DNA of 63,986 bases, filler included, from Streblomastix strix (lineage: Eukaryota): NCBI GenBank assembly GCA_008636045.1. It is 3 parts of 3 records of this genome, joined end to end, with 100 filler letters (N's around TTAATTAATTAA, not from the genome) between each part and the next. Parts side by side here need not be neighbours in the genome. Positions count along the whole stretch, not along the records: positions 1 to 21,505 come from SNRW01000369.1; 2 more parts are not named here. The stretch is one strand, 5' to 3'. Below, piece after piece: positions 1 to 12,958 of the stretch; positions within the stretch are counted from its first letter, which is position 1, and each line of letters starts with the position of its first letter. The translations under genes and the position numbers were made by a program. The notes below the pieces were generated by a model that saw nothing but the letters and a program-made list of their open reading frames with translations, did no database searches and had not been told where the DNA came from.

Positions 1-647
1 AGCATAATATTCTGGAAAAGATTCTTTATTTTCACTTATAAATTTACAATAATATGAAGGTATTTTAATTTTATTTATTTTGTCAGAATGATTCAATAAT
101 CGGCATATAACATTACCATTCACATATTGAATAATCTCCGCAACTTAATTGAAATTTTTTCTTTATTTTATAAATTTTTATTATATTTTTTAGAAATCAA
201 GATGTATTAATATTATATTTCCTACTTTAAATGATAATATGCCCTCTTTTCGTTATCTTGCTAGTTGTCGTTCTAATTTCTTCATTTATGAACGTATATA
301 TTATTCTTCTAAATCTCTTGACAATTGAACTTAGTATTAGCTATATATCTTTTGAAACACAAGATATGGTGTATTATTGTATATATCAACGACTATTTAC
401 ATTTATTTATTTATTGAAAATTTATTAAATTTATAACTGAATGCATTCGTTATTGTAAAAATAACTGAATCGACTACTCTATTACGATTATTTAATTTAG
501 AATCAGTGAAACTTCCATTAATTTTATTCTATGAATAAAACAAAGCAAAATACGAGCTATTAAATCTTTTCTCTCAATCACCAAGAATATTATTTACGTA
601 ATAGTTTTTAATTAATTTTTTCAATTACCCAACTAGTTATGCGGCTG

Positions 648-1009
648 AGTAGTGGATAAAAAAGAAGCTTGTCCTAAAATCAAAAATGTAAAAAGCTTAT
701 TCGTGGCAGAAATTGATCTTTTAATGTAAATGATGAATTATAACCAATATTTTATAGAATTATTCTAAAATTATTTAATCAAATTATTTGTGAGGATTAT
801 TATTTTTAGATTTGTTGGAATAACTTTACTAGTTCTAAAGAAATGAATTATCTTCAATTAATAAATTTATTATTGTAAAAGTAATCGAATTGTGCAATGA
901 TATTGAATATTGAAGTCGATTGCTTATTTGATTAATGAATTGGATTACGGTGTGTGATAATTTTTACATATTTTCGAATTTTGAGCAGGCTTCTTTTTTA
1001 TCCACTACA
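648..1009. mobile_element. Short foldback/MITE-like element with ~45-bp imperfect TIRs (mirror copy 20497-20858)
   Basis: Left AGTAGTGGATAAAAAAGAAGCTTGTCCTAAAATC versus reverse complement of right end TGTAGTGGATAAAAAAGAAGCCTGCTCAAAATTC. No TSD seen. Confidence 0.65.
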
Positions 1010-1375
1010 GAAAGCATAAATCAATGATTTAAGCGATTATTTCTACTTTCGGCGGCAGCTTAGTTGTTATCCTATTTGGTTAGTTTATAACGATTAGTGA
1101 TTCGGTCAAATCAAATTTTTTTGATGAAATTGAATAAATGTCTTCGATTAATAGATCGATTGTTGAAATACATTATTAGATTAAATTGATAATGATATAT
1201 AGCTATAGAATCACGAATAAACATGATTTTTGGATTCTTCATATATGATATGACCTTATTGAAGAGTATGAATGAGATATGAAAGATTGAGAAAATTTTA
1301 TATTAAAATATAATAAAAATAATTACTGTTATTTATATATATAAATGAACAATATATTATATCATAGTAGTTGTT

Positions 1376-2438
1376 ATGAAAATCTGATCTGAACCATAAC
1401 ATATAGGGAAAAAAATATATTTTGCGTTATATCATCTTGTTTCTTTACAAATTAAAGGGCGTTCCAGAGTACTGTGCAAACATAATTAATGAGGCTTTTG
1501 GGGAGGATACAGTCCGCAAGCGTACAGTATAACGATGGTTTGAAAAATTCAGAAGCGGGAACGAATCTGTCGAAGATTTAGAACGTAGTGGTAGACCTCC
1601 GAATATTGATCTTCCATCTTAAATTTTAATGGCCTTGGGCGCATATCCATTCATATCTGTTCGAGATTTGCAGCAGTTCATGGATTTACCTAGAGAGAAC
1701 ATATGACGATGCCTGACAACAACACTTAACATGAGAAAAGTGAGTTTACACTGGGTACCCTACGAATTCACAAATGATATTCGAAGAAAAAGAGTTGCTG
1801 GTGCGCAAGAGCTATGTAGAGTCCTACAAAATGAATAGGAAAACGACTTCAAATATATGGTAACAGGGGACGAAAGTTGGTTCTACTGCATAAATATTAA
1901 TGATTCAATGTGGCTTGAGAAGGGCACAGAACCTCCAACAAAATCAAGGTAGAAAATTGGTGTAGAAAAGGTCATCATTTCTGTCTTTTGGAATACTACA
2001 CGCGTCTGGCTTATAGACTAGCTTCCAGAGAAGACTACTTTGAATGTCGAGTACTATATTGATAACGTTCTTCAACGATTTGATTATTTGTTGGACCCAG
2101 ATAGTAATCTTGAGCCTGGATCTATGACTCTTCATGTTGATAATGCACCAGTGCATAGATGCTAGAAAGTTAAAGCTTGGGTAAGTGGATCTCTCTTCAC
2201 AGAGAGTAAACATCCACCCTACAGCCCGGATTTGGCACCGAGTGATTACTTTTTATTTGGGTACATTAAACATAAGCTGAAAGAGTTCGTAGCAGACGAT
2301 AAGGAGCATCTTTTCAACTATATACAGAAAATTTGCGACAGGATAAGTCCTTCGGTTCTCCGCAGCAGCTGGACGCATTGATATGACAGGTGCTAATGGG
2401 TAATTGAACATCATGGTGAGTACTATCCTAAATAATGA
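1376..2438 (+). pseudogene. Tc1/mariner (DD34D) transposase with two in-frame TGA (1704, 2379) and a damaged start
   Basis: With TAR=Gln: TVQRWFEKFRSG...RSGRP, WVPYEF, VTGDESW, HVDNAPVH, HPPYSPDLAPSDY, GEYY, all in one frame from 1425 to 2438. Confidence 0.93.
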
Positions 2439-2507
2439 TGTAGTAATAAATTGTAATTATACAATAGTTGGAATTTTTCATTTATTTTATTACTACTGTT
2501 AAATTAT

Positions 2508-2533
2508 GACAGAACTTTTGGGTCACCCTGTTA
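2508..2533 (-). repeat. Mariner 3' terminal inverted repeat (5' partner not found)
   Basis: Reverse complement reads TAACAGGGTGACCCAAAAGTTCTG, a CAGGGTG-type Tc1/mariner end about 70 bp after the transposase stop. Confidence 0.6.
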
Positions 2534-2744
2534 AATATTGAAATATATAGTGAAAAAGTGAATGTTTTAAGAATTACTTGAAAGTTGGTAGCTTAGTCAA
2601 TGTCTGTACTCTAATCACGAATATGAAGCTAAAAGTTAATGATTGGACTGATGATTCGGTCCAATTAAGCGGAATACTGAAAAAGATAAATGGTGCGGAG
2701 AAATTGAATGGTTCATCCTAGTGTCTGAGATTGAGGAAATTCGA

Positions 2745-2870
2745 TTAGCGTGTATGTACTAGAATAATGGAGAAATTGATTCAATTTTTCATGTGTTTAA
2801 TGTGTTTAATGTGTCTAGGGTCTAAAAATTCTGTCAAAAGAATTTGCAATTAGCCATTTCTCCATAAATT
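2745..2870 (+). promoter_or_regulatory. Copy of recurring viral cis-motif (9-bp iterons + GGGTC.AAAAATTCT...GCCAT...CCATAAAT)
   Basis: Related copies at 5766-5890 (+), 6550-6750 (-), 52750-52875 (+), 53110-53223 (-), 54781-54997 (+, two copies). The repeat is seen directly; its function is inferred. Confidence 0.55.
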
Positions 2871-2920
2871 AATTAAAATTTATTTTAAGAAACTATTTGA
2901 ACTTTTTATCCGTAACCAAA

Positions 2921-5649
2921 ATGACAAACCACGAATCCACATGCATCGAAACAAATACAAATGAATCCATAAACATTAATCATATTATATTAGAAAAAGG
3001 TTCAAAAAGATAATATAAGCGTAATTCAACTCCCAAATCAAAATCAATTGATAAAGCAACTGAATTAATAGATAAATTAATTGAAGAATTAGAATTTGCT
3101 AGAATCAAACGTGAGCAAGACTAATATGATACATAAAAGAAAGAAGATGAGGAATAAGAATACATTAAAAGTGTACTAGAAATAATTGCTCAAGAAAAGT
3201 TAAATGAATAGAAAAAATAAGAAGAGTAAGTAGAAATAAAATAGTTTCTAAATACAATTCAACCAATTGCTGATTAATTTAATCAAGAAATAGTTAGTAA
3301 AACTATTATTGAAAGAGTTAAGAATGCAATGATTAATACTGTGAACTATACTAAAGTAGGCTAAAAAGAAGGTGATAAAAAGTAAGTAACTGGAAAATTA
3401 ATTTATTTAATTCTAGTTGAAGATGGTAATTTGTTCGTGAATGATTTCGATATTAATAAAAAACTATCAATTGAAGAAAATGATAAAATGAGATAAAATA
3501 TTATAGATAATATGCTTCCTTCTAATGTATGGTTTTGTAAAGACTGCACATGGAGGGTTGCATGCTTATTATAATAGAAATTGTTATACTTTACCTTCTA
3601 ATCGATGTATGAAATGTATCACATTAAATACTATTTAGATTGATATCTTTGGATAGATGTTTAAGTATAAAGAATATAATGATGAATCAGAATAAAAAGA
3701 ACTTGTATAGAATCGAGTAGTCGATTCAAACTCATCATTCCGAGAAACAAAAAGTAATAAGAGAGAGACCCTCAAATATGAAGCTAATAATGATTGAGCT
3801 AATAAGATACATCTAGCAAGTCTAAGAGAAATTTTAGATAGCTGGAATATTGATATCGAAATACCGTATCTAGAGTACCTTGAAAAGAAATAAAGACGAT
3901 AGTTTGGATAATAAATTACAGAAGAAAGAATCATTGATAAAATGAATGATGAACTTGCATAAGCGTGTATTGATGGATTGAAGAATCTTGAAATACATAA
4001 CAATCCTCAACCAATTAATATGGAAGTGTCTTTATTAAGTATATTCTGTGGAATATATGGAATCACTAATTTATCGATTAGAGCTGAAGGAATGAAAAAT
4101 ATATGTTAATTTAATATGCTAACTGCAAATGCTGAAAAGAACTATGGATAAGCTGCATCTAGTGGAGAACGTAAGCCTTATCCATTGATTCTAACAAAAA
4201 TCTTAAGATATCAAAATAAATATTATTATAAATAATTAATTAAACCATAACTGAAAAAAATTACGAAGTGAAAAAATAATAGAAAATAGTTGATACATTA
4301 AAGTAAATTGAGATGCATGAAATTGACCTGAAAGATTCCTTTAAATTAAACGATATATCTGACAAAACAATGAATGGAAAATATGATAATATATTAAAAT
4401 TAGTTGCTGAAGATTTACTGAAAGTGATTAATGCTGCTCCATGCTAAAACGAATGCTGTTACATCGTTAAACAATATGATTGTTTCAATGAAAAAAATGT
4501 AATCAATTATAGAAACAAGACAGCTATTTATGACTATCTCAGAACGATTAGATTGTGTTAAGACGGAAAGAAGCATATCACTGCAATTGATGCACCAAAA
4601 TAATATCATTCACTATTTGAGAAACTTGATATAAAATTCGTTAGTTAAAACCCAAAAATTTTCAGTACATTCCAAGGATACAGATACATACAGGTTGATG
4701 AAATTGATTAGTCTAAAATAGATTAATTCCTTGGGCTAGTGAAAGATACATTCTCAGCGAAGGATGAATAGATTTATGAATATTTATTAAATTGGATAGC
4801 ATAAATCAAATAGAATGTAGGTAAGAAAACTGAAACGGTTCTAATTCTATAAGGTCTTCAAGATATTGGAAAAAATGTATTCACTAATGTTTTATGCGAA
4901 TTATTAGCAAGATATTCATCTAAAATGTTACTGACATCGATAGCATGGTAGGCAAATTCAATGCTGTTATTGAAAATAAGATGTCGATGATTGCCAATGA
5001 AATGAAGAATTGTGATGATGCAAGAATGCCTAATATGGATGCTTTAAATCAATCACTACAGATAGTTCTTTCCATGTGATTGAAAAATATATACCTAATC
5101 ACAATGATGAGAATGTAATTAATTTGATTATAGTTACAAACAATGTCTTTCCAGTAAAAATAGATAATATTGATAAATATTAGTTTGTGTGCAAATATGG
5201 CTCAACTCATAGAGGTGATACAAAATATTTCGATAACTTGTGCAGTAGCTTCGATGATGATTTTTTATAATAATTTGTTCACTTTCTTTTTGATTAGAGA
5301 TATTGAATAATTCAATCCAAGAGATATTTTTATGGCAGATGCGAAGAAAGATTCTATAAATGTGTCATGGTCACCATTAGATGATGCAATTATTAAACAT
5401 CTCAAAGCTTTCTAAAAAGGAGTTACTACCTCTATGGCTGAAGCATGGAAACCAATTGAAATGAAATTAAAGAATTATGAAATATCGATTAAAAGTGTGT
5501 GTAATAAAGTGATGAAGTAAGTTAGAGCGGTTCGTTAATATGTATATCAATTAAAAGAAGAAATGGTTAAGATTTATGAGAGTATGCTTGACGAAAATGT
5601 TGAAAAGAAAGAATAATAAAAGGTTTAAAATGGAAACGAATATGTGTGA
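2921..5649 (+). pseudogene. Primase-polymerase fused to SF3 (D5-like) helicase, frameshifted
   Basis: Primpol motifs VNDFD (~3443) and VKTAHGGLHAY (~3537). Walker A region ILQGLQDIGKN (~4843), Walker B IANE, motif C IIVTNN. Several frameshifts and TGAs. Confidence 0.85.
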
Positions 5650-5933
5650 GAATGAGTACAGTGAATTACACCTAAATGAATTTATTTTTGCTTTTTGATC
5701 GATGTATTCAGAATCGTGGAGGAATTGATCGATTCATCCATGAGTCCATGGTCGAAGAAATGTGATTAGTATATATGTGCTAGAGCTGTGGATAAACTAA
5801 GTGAATTATTCATGTTTCTAAGGTGTCTAATATGTCTAGGGTCGAAAAATTCTGTCAAAAGATGATGTAATATGCCATTCCTCCATAAATGTTTTATTAA
5901 ACATATATTAATAATATTTTTATTTTAATGTAA

Positions 5934-6521
5934 ATGACAATAGAAGAATTAAATGCTTAAGAAAATTTTATACCATTAATCGCTGATAATGAATTTGAAA
6001 TAAATAGTAAATATACTCATCAGATTAGAAAGATTAGTCATTAAAAAATTATTAATATAAGTAACAGTAGAGGGTATTAATTAGTATGTCTTAATGTAAA
6101 ACATTATAGATTGCATCGATTAATAGCATAAAACTTCATTGCTAATCCAGACAATCTTCCATATATCGACCACTGGGATCATGATAAAGTAAATGTCCAT
6201 ATAAGTAATTTACGATGTATAACTTAAAAGGATAATATGAGAAATTATTCATCAAATCATAGTATAGAATATACCTACGTAGATACATTATCGGATGAAG
6301 CAATAGTAGTGAATGATTATGGAATTCATCATTTCGAGTTCTACTATTATGATCCTGAAACTGATGAGTTTTATTATTTTAATGGTAAATAGTATCGCTA
6401 ATTGCATGTTAATGAAACGAAACAGAATGGAATATTATATGTTTGTATGATGAATACTAATGATAAGAAAATTAAAATATGCATCAATAAATATAAGAAG
6501 TTGTATGATATGGATTATTGA
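5934..6521 (+). CDS. HNH endonuclease (HNH_3-like), 195 aa, open reading frame intact
   Basis: RGYQLVCLNVKHYRLHRLIAQNFIANPDNLPYIDHWDHDKVNVHISNLRCITQKDN. ATG to TGA open with TAR=Gln. Confidence 0.88.
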
Positions 6522-6765
6522 TATAGAATTTATTTTTGAAATAATTGTAATGGCGAAATGGCATATGGCAGATCCTTCCAATAGAATTTTTCGACCCTAG
6601 ACACTTTAGAAACATTAGACAAATGGAAGAATTGAATATAATCCCTAGCTCAGAAAGCTAGCAAAGAGATAATGCTAATATCGACCATAGACACCATAGA
6701 CACATGGATGAATCACTTCATTTGCACAGATATGATTACATACACATTAATCGCAAAAATAAATC

Positions 6766-7206
6766 AACTTCATTGATTATAACGATAGATTATCTCACTA
6801 CCGTTTTGGATCTGTCTATATTAGAGCTAATTTGAAGTAAATCCTGAACGTTAGTTATGATAGTTTTCTGAAGGTGTCGAATCAAGATTAATTACAAATC
6901 GTTAGCTTGTGTTCAAAATTCCTGTCGTTAGATTCTATATTTTTATTAAATACGTTGACGTTACCCTGCAGCTATTTTCTCAGCTTCTTCAGGGATACTG
7001 TATTTTTTAAGTCGACCTCTAAATTTTGTTTTCTCTTATTCAGATTAAGTTTACGTATGAGAAGTATTATTAATTTGAGTTTAATAGATTAACGGAGCAT
7101 GAATGACTTCATCAATAGGACTAGATTATGTTTGAATTAATTAAGAAACTAATTGCTTTGATTATCTTTTACGGATTTGTTTTGTTTCACTTGCTTGTAT
7201 TTGACT
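6766..7206 (-). pseudogene. Small basic protein with AT-hook-like RGRxKKY motif (mirror 14300-14740 +)
   Basis: RGRLKKYSIPEEAEKIAAGQRQR...QDLLQISSNID. A homologous QDLLQISEIID stretch lies at ~53590-53680 (-). Confidence 0.45.
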
Positions 7207-7220
7207 TAAAAATAAAAATC

Positions 7221-8547
7221 TCAACTATTTATATTAAATTAACTTTTATAGTTTGCTGGCAATGAATTTATGTCGATACTAATGAATTTGCAATAATAAA
7301 TAGGTAATTCAATCATATCAAGCTATGCGCATTAGCTTCTTTAATACGGATTTAATAATTTACACACTATATTACTGTTTTTATAATTAATGAATGTATC
7401 TTGTTCATTGAATTAACATCTTTACTTTTAGAACCTTATATTTGTCCTTGAAAAATCAGCATGAATCATCAATATATTTCCATTCTTGAAATTGAATAAA
7501 TTTTCTCGTTATTTAATTCAAAATTATCTGTTCCAATTATGCTAATTTTTATCTTATGAATTTGTCTTCTAAATCTCTATTCAAATACATTTATTAACGT
7601 GTGAATTTAATAAGATATGCTAAATGAGATGTTCTATTACATATTTTCACCATTTATTGCAACTTAGTCAGTGTCGCGAATCCTAATAAATCTTATCCAA
7701 ATCCATTTCTTATTGTACGAATGACACTATCAATCACTCTATTATGCTGTGTGAAACTAGATGATGTAAAGAACAGTGATATGTTGTTTTTGTTACAAAA
7801 TTCTTTAATAATATTAGCTTTAAACCCTGTTTCTCCATCTCCTCTAATGTTGTTATCGTATACCTAACTAATCAGCTTTTTTAATGCAAGTTTTATCCAA
7901 GCAGCACTCTTCTAAATCATTGAAATTACCACTAAATATTTTGTATTAATGTTAATTGCAAATAATTACTATTAATTTCTTCCAGTTACAGTATTCACAC
8001 CGAATACAAGATCAATTTCCCAAGATCCTAATTTCAGAAAAAAAATTAGACGTTAGAGCTTGTTTAATGGTTTCATTTTAGCATTTTTGATTTATGTTTG
8101 CTGCGTTATCTTTACTTAATTAATTCTTTCAAATTATTTGATCTTAGATTTGAACGGAAACAATGATATTTATTAATTTATTTTCTGTATTTAGTTCGCT
8201 TATGATTAATATCTAATTGATTTAGTTACTCTTTTTGGTTCATTATATTACTGTGCTTCCGCTAGATAAATTTAATACCATTTATTAATATTTTTCTTAC
8301 CTAATTATATTTCATCAGCTCTATTTATTTGCGCATCTTTCTCAGGTTTACTTGGAGTTATCTTCATATTTGAAACAAACTATGCAATTTTCGTTATTTC
8401 TCCATTACTAGATCTCGCCAAATGTGTTAGTTAGTTCTGCATATTTATTGCTGCTTCATTAATTTATTGATCAGTTTAATCTTAATTTTGTAATAATAGT
8501 TAGTACACTCTTTCATATTATGCAACAATAAGATGATCTCTATTCAT
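7221..8547 (-). pseudogene. Retroviral-like (rve) integrase of Polinton type, at least one frameshift
   Basis: GSWEIDLVF...LFAININTKYL...IRGDGETGF...HNRVIDSVIRTIR...NRTSH. Confidence 0.85.
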
Positions 8548-8572
8548 TTCATATTAAAAATAATCATAGTCT

Positions 8573-8722
8573 TCAACTGCAGAGTTTCAAATCGTAAGCA
8601 TATTTGATATCTGCCTCATAGATAGTTTTCCATATACATTTCCAATCAATATGGAGCTATTTAAGATCATCAATAACAAAAGTAATATTTGCGGATAATG
8701 GTTCAAATATAAACATTTCCAT
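8573..8722 (-). CDS. 49-aa conserved micro-protein (mirror 12784-12933 +)
   Basis: MEMFIFEPLSANITFVIDDLKQLHIDWKCIWKTIYEADIKYAYDLKLCS, homologous to 23745-23870. Confidence 0.6.
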
Positions 8723-9110
8723 TAAATAAAAATAAGTCATTCATCATCAATCTTCTCAACTACTGATTCAAGATCTTCATTATAATTATTTCTAGCATGA
8801 TAATATTTTTTTTTAACACGTTATGTAATCTGTTTTGATTAGTATTATCAACATTTAGATCGGTTATTTTTTCTCTAATTTTTATTTCAGTAATGCTTGC
8901 ATTGATTTGCTTTATTTTTATTTAGTCTTTTTTATATCCAATTATTCCGAATACTAGTTTAAATCATAAAGTTCAGCTTATCAATGCATCGATAAATTGA
9001 ATAATACTCTTGTTTCTTGCATTTATTTTATACGTTGTTTCAATTTATTTACAACTTCATCTTACTATTCTTACTTTCTCATTTCGATTGATCAAAAATA
9101 AATCATTACT

Positions 9111-11000
9111 TCATTATTTAATAAAATATTTATCTGGTTTAATTCTATAAATAAATGGAAAACAACTTTGATTAGGTAGTACTATAAGTTTTGTATGACT
9201 TCCAGTGATTGCGTTGCGTTCCATCTATAAACATGACATCAAACCTTTCCTTTACGCTAACGTTGTATTGATAGCTGCGGTAACTGTACGAATGATAATG
9301 TGGTTTACGAATGTCCGTTCATTTATCTATGGATTTTGATCCAATATAACTCCTTTAAGCACAATCTCATCAATAATTATGCAATTCTTCAGACTTAATG
9401 CAATACAGTTATATCCTTGTTTCTCAATGTGAACACCTAATATTTTTTGTTTTCCATTCTCACGAAAGAAGAATCCATTGTTTATATTATAAAATTCATG
9501 GTCTTTAATTATAGCATCAAATGCTTATGTATAATCTCTTGAATCTCCTGCAATAGCTAATGTCAAACTATCTGTATCAAGTTAAATTATGGACATCTTT
9601 GTTCTATCGAATGTTTTGTATTAGAAGTTAGTTAGGAAGTTAATGTAAAAGAACATAGCACTATTTAATGTAAAAAAACGTACATTGAATACATGTGTTG
9701 CTCCTGCAATTTTCCTTATTAACTTAAACAGCATACAAATCATTGTTCAATTCAGTCGAGTGCATAAACCTAGACATCATATGCTATAAAAACGTTCGTT
9801 TAGACGATAGCAGTTTCGTGTTAGAGTACTTTTCGCTTTTAAAAGCATCACCTCAAAACGAGCTGTTCAATATAATTTTTGTAAATTATGCAATATAATC
9901 ATTTTTATCATCCTTTGCTTATTATACTATACCTATAAATTCTTTAACAAACGAATTGAAAATATCGGGTTTCGAAAACGTTATAACACTAACTATCTCA
10001 TCAATAATGAAGTGAAATTGATCTATTAATAACCAATGATAGAAATTGTTAAAGGACATTACTTCATTATTGGTATCTACTAAATTTGTTAATTTTCGTT
10101 CTGTTTTATCGTGCGGGAGATTATGTTCAACTAGATGATTATACATGTATTCGCCGATAGTTTCCTTATTAGTATGTATGTCAATATTTCTCAAGATTGA
10201 TCCAAAGTCAATGTTATTATAAATATATTTTTCATCTAAGTGACCACAAACTTCTGCAATGAATAAGAACATCTTATTGACTACTTATGGATCATTAGAA
10301 TCAATTAATATTGTATATTAGCTTCTTACACCTATCTTAATCAAATTCTGCTGTTGCATTACTGAATTCGATTGCTTATCCACACACATATAACTTTTGA
10401 CAAATATATGGAATAAATGTATGAAATTCTGAACTCATTGCACTTGAGTATTAGTTATCAAGGTCTAATTAAATTACATGTGTTTAAACATAATTTGAAT
10501 CAACTGAATACACATACTTATTTTCTTTATTATATTCGTAATGATTGATTCTAGTTTCACCAGCAATATTGTATCGATGCATAACTATTGAAAAATAGCC
10601 TGTTATTCTTCTTCTAATTATCCTATATATTTCATCCGAAATAAGTATCATTGGCAATTGCTTCGAAAACGCATATTTCCTTAGTTGAATCATTAATATC
10701 ATCTAATTTCATCACGATTAGCATTACATGTTTTGTAATTCAAACAGCATGGAAGTACATTGTCTTTGGAGTGACCTCATTTATGATCCGTTTGATCTAA
10801 AGTAAGCTTTTTTTCCATGTAATTCGAGCATTGCATATGTGGCATCGTTAATTCTTGATTAATTGTTTAAAATAATCGTAATCATCAACCGTTACATTAC
10901 TACTAGAATATCTACCTTTTTTACTGTATTATTCGATATTACTCTCTACTTTAGCTCTCAAATAACACAACGATATTTCTATAGATTTGTCAGTTGATTC
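9111..11000 (-). pseudogene. polB: Protein-primed family B DNA polymerase, C-terminal part, degenerate
   Basis: CHIC...GHSKDNVLPCC insert, RRITG, motif A IQLDLDNQYSS, motif B KIILNSSF*GD, motif C LDTDSL, LKGV. Confidence 0.9.
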
Positions 11001-11001
11001 T

Positions 11002-12395
11002 GTTGATTCAAATTATGTTTAAACACATGTAATTTAATTAGACCTTGATAACTAATACTCAAGTGCAATGAGTTCAGAATTTCATACATTTATTCCATAT
11101 ATTTGTCAAAAGTTATATGTGTGTGGATAAGCAATCGAATTCAGTAATGCAACAGCAGAATTTGATTAAGATAGGTGTAAGAAGCTAATATACAATATTA
11201 ATTGATTCTAATGATCCATAAGTAGTCAATAAGATGTTCTTATTCATTGCAGAAGTTTGTGGTCACTTAGATGAAAAATATATTTATAATAACATTGACT
11301 TTGGATCAATCTTGAGAAATATTGACATACATACTAATAAGGAAACTATCGGCGAATACATGTATAATCATCTAGTTGAACATAATCTCCCGCACGATAA
11401 AACAGAACGAAAATTAACAAATTTAGTAGATACCAATAATGAAGTAATGTCCTTTAACAATTTCTATCATTGGTTATTAATAGATCAATTTCACTTCATT
11501 ATTGATGAGATAGTTAGTGTTATAACGTTTTCGAAACCCGATATTTTCAATTCGTTTGTTAAAGAATTTATAGGTATAGTATAATAAGCAAAGGATGATA
11601 AAAATGATTATATTGCATAATTTACAAAAATTATATTGAACAGCTCGTTTTGAGGTGATGCTTTTAAAAGCGAAAAGTACTCTAACACGAAACTGCTATC
11701 GTCTAAACGAACGTTTTTATAGCATATGATGTCTAGGTTTATGCACTCGACTGAATTGAACAATGATTTGTATGCTGTTTAAGTTAATAAGGAAAATTGC
11801 AGGAGCAACACATGTATTCAATGTACGTTTTTTTACATTAAATAGTGCTATGTTCTTTTACATTAACTTCCTAACTAACTTCTAATACAAAACATTCGAT
11901 AGAACAAAGATGTCCATAATTTAACTTGATACAGATAGTTTGACATTAGCTATTGCAGGAGATTCAAGAGATTATACATAAGCATTTGATGCTATAATTA
12001 AAGACCATGAATTTTATAATATAAACAATGGATTCTTCTTTCGTGAGAATGGAAAACAAAAAATATTAGGTGTTCACATTGAGAAACAAGGATATAACTG
12101 TATTGCATTAAGTCTGAAGAATTGCATAATTATTGATGAGATTGTGCTTAAAGGAGTTATATTGGATCAAAATCCATAGATAAATGAACGGACATTCGTA
12201 AACCACATTATCATTCGTACAGTTACCGCAGCTATCAATACAACGTTAGCGTAAAGGAAAGGTTTGATGTCATGTTTATAGATGGAACGCAACGCAATCA
12301 CTGGAAGTCATACAAAACTTATAGTACTACCTAATCAAAGTTGTTTTCCATTTATTTATAGAATTAAACCAGATAAATATTTTATTAAATAATGA
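11002..12395 (+). pseudogene. polB: pPolB C-terminus, mirror copy
   Basis: Reverse complement of 9111-10504. Confidence 0.9.
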
Positions 12396-12423
12396 AGTAA
12401 TGATTTATTTTTGATCAATCGAA

Positions 12424-12768
12424 ATGAGAAAGTAAGAATAGTAAGATGAAGTTGTAAATAAATTGAAACAACGTATAAAATAAATGCAAGAAACAAGAGT
12501 ATTATTCAATTTATCGATGCATTGATAAGCTGAACTTTATGATTTAAACTAGTATTCGGAATAATTGGATATAAAAAAGACTAAATAAAAATAAAGCAAA
12601 TCAATGCAAGCATTACTGAAATAAAAATTAGAGAAAAAATAACCGATCTAAATGTTGATAATACTAATCAAAACAGATTACATAACGTGTTAAAAAAAAA
12701 TATTATCATGCTAGAAATAATTATAATGAAGATCTTGAATCAGTAGTTGAGAAGATTGATGATGAATG
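12424..12768 (+). pseudogene. Small coiled-coil hypothetical protein, frameshifted (mirror 8738-9082 -)
   Basis: ATG follows a TTATTTTT motif. K/Q/E-rich, ends EDLESVVEKIDDE*. Confidence 0.4.
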
Positions 12769-12958
12769 ACTTATTTTTATTTAATGGAAATGTTTATATT
12801 TGAACCATTATCCGCAAATATTACTTTTGTTATTGATGATCTTAAATAGCTCCATATTGATTGGAAATGTATATGGAAAACTATCTATGAGGCAGATATC
12901 AAATATGCTTACGATTTGAAACTCTGCAGTTGAAGACTATGATTATTTTTAATATGAA

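Larger units (their letters stand above)
2540..11000. mobile_element. Endogenous Polinton/Polinton-like virus A, replication and integration module
   Basis: Primpol-SF3 helicase, HNH, rve integrase and pPolB are packed with short intergenic spacers. Confidence 0.85.
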
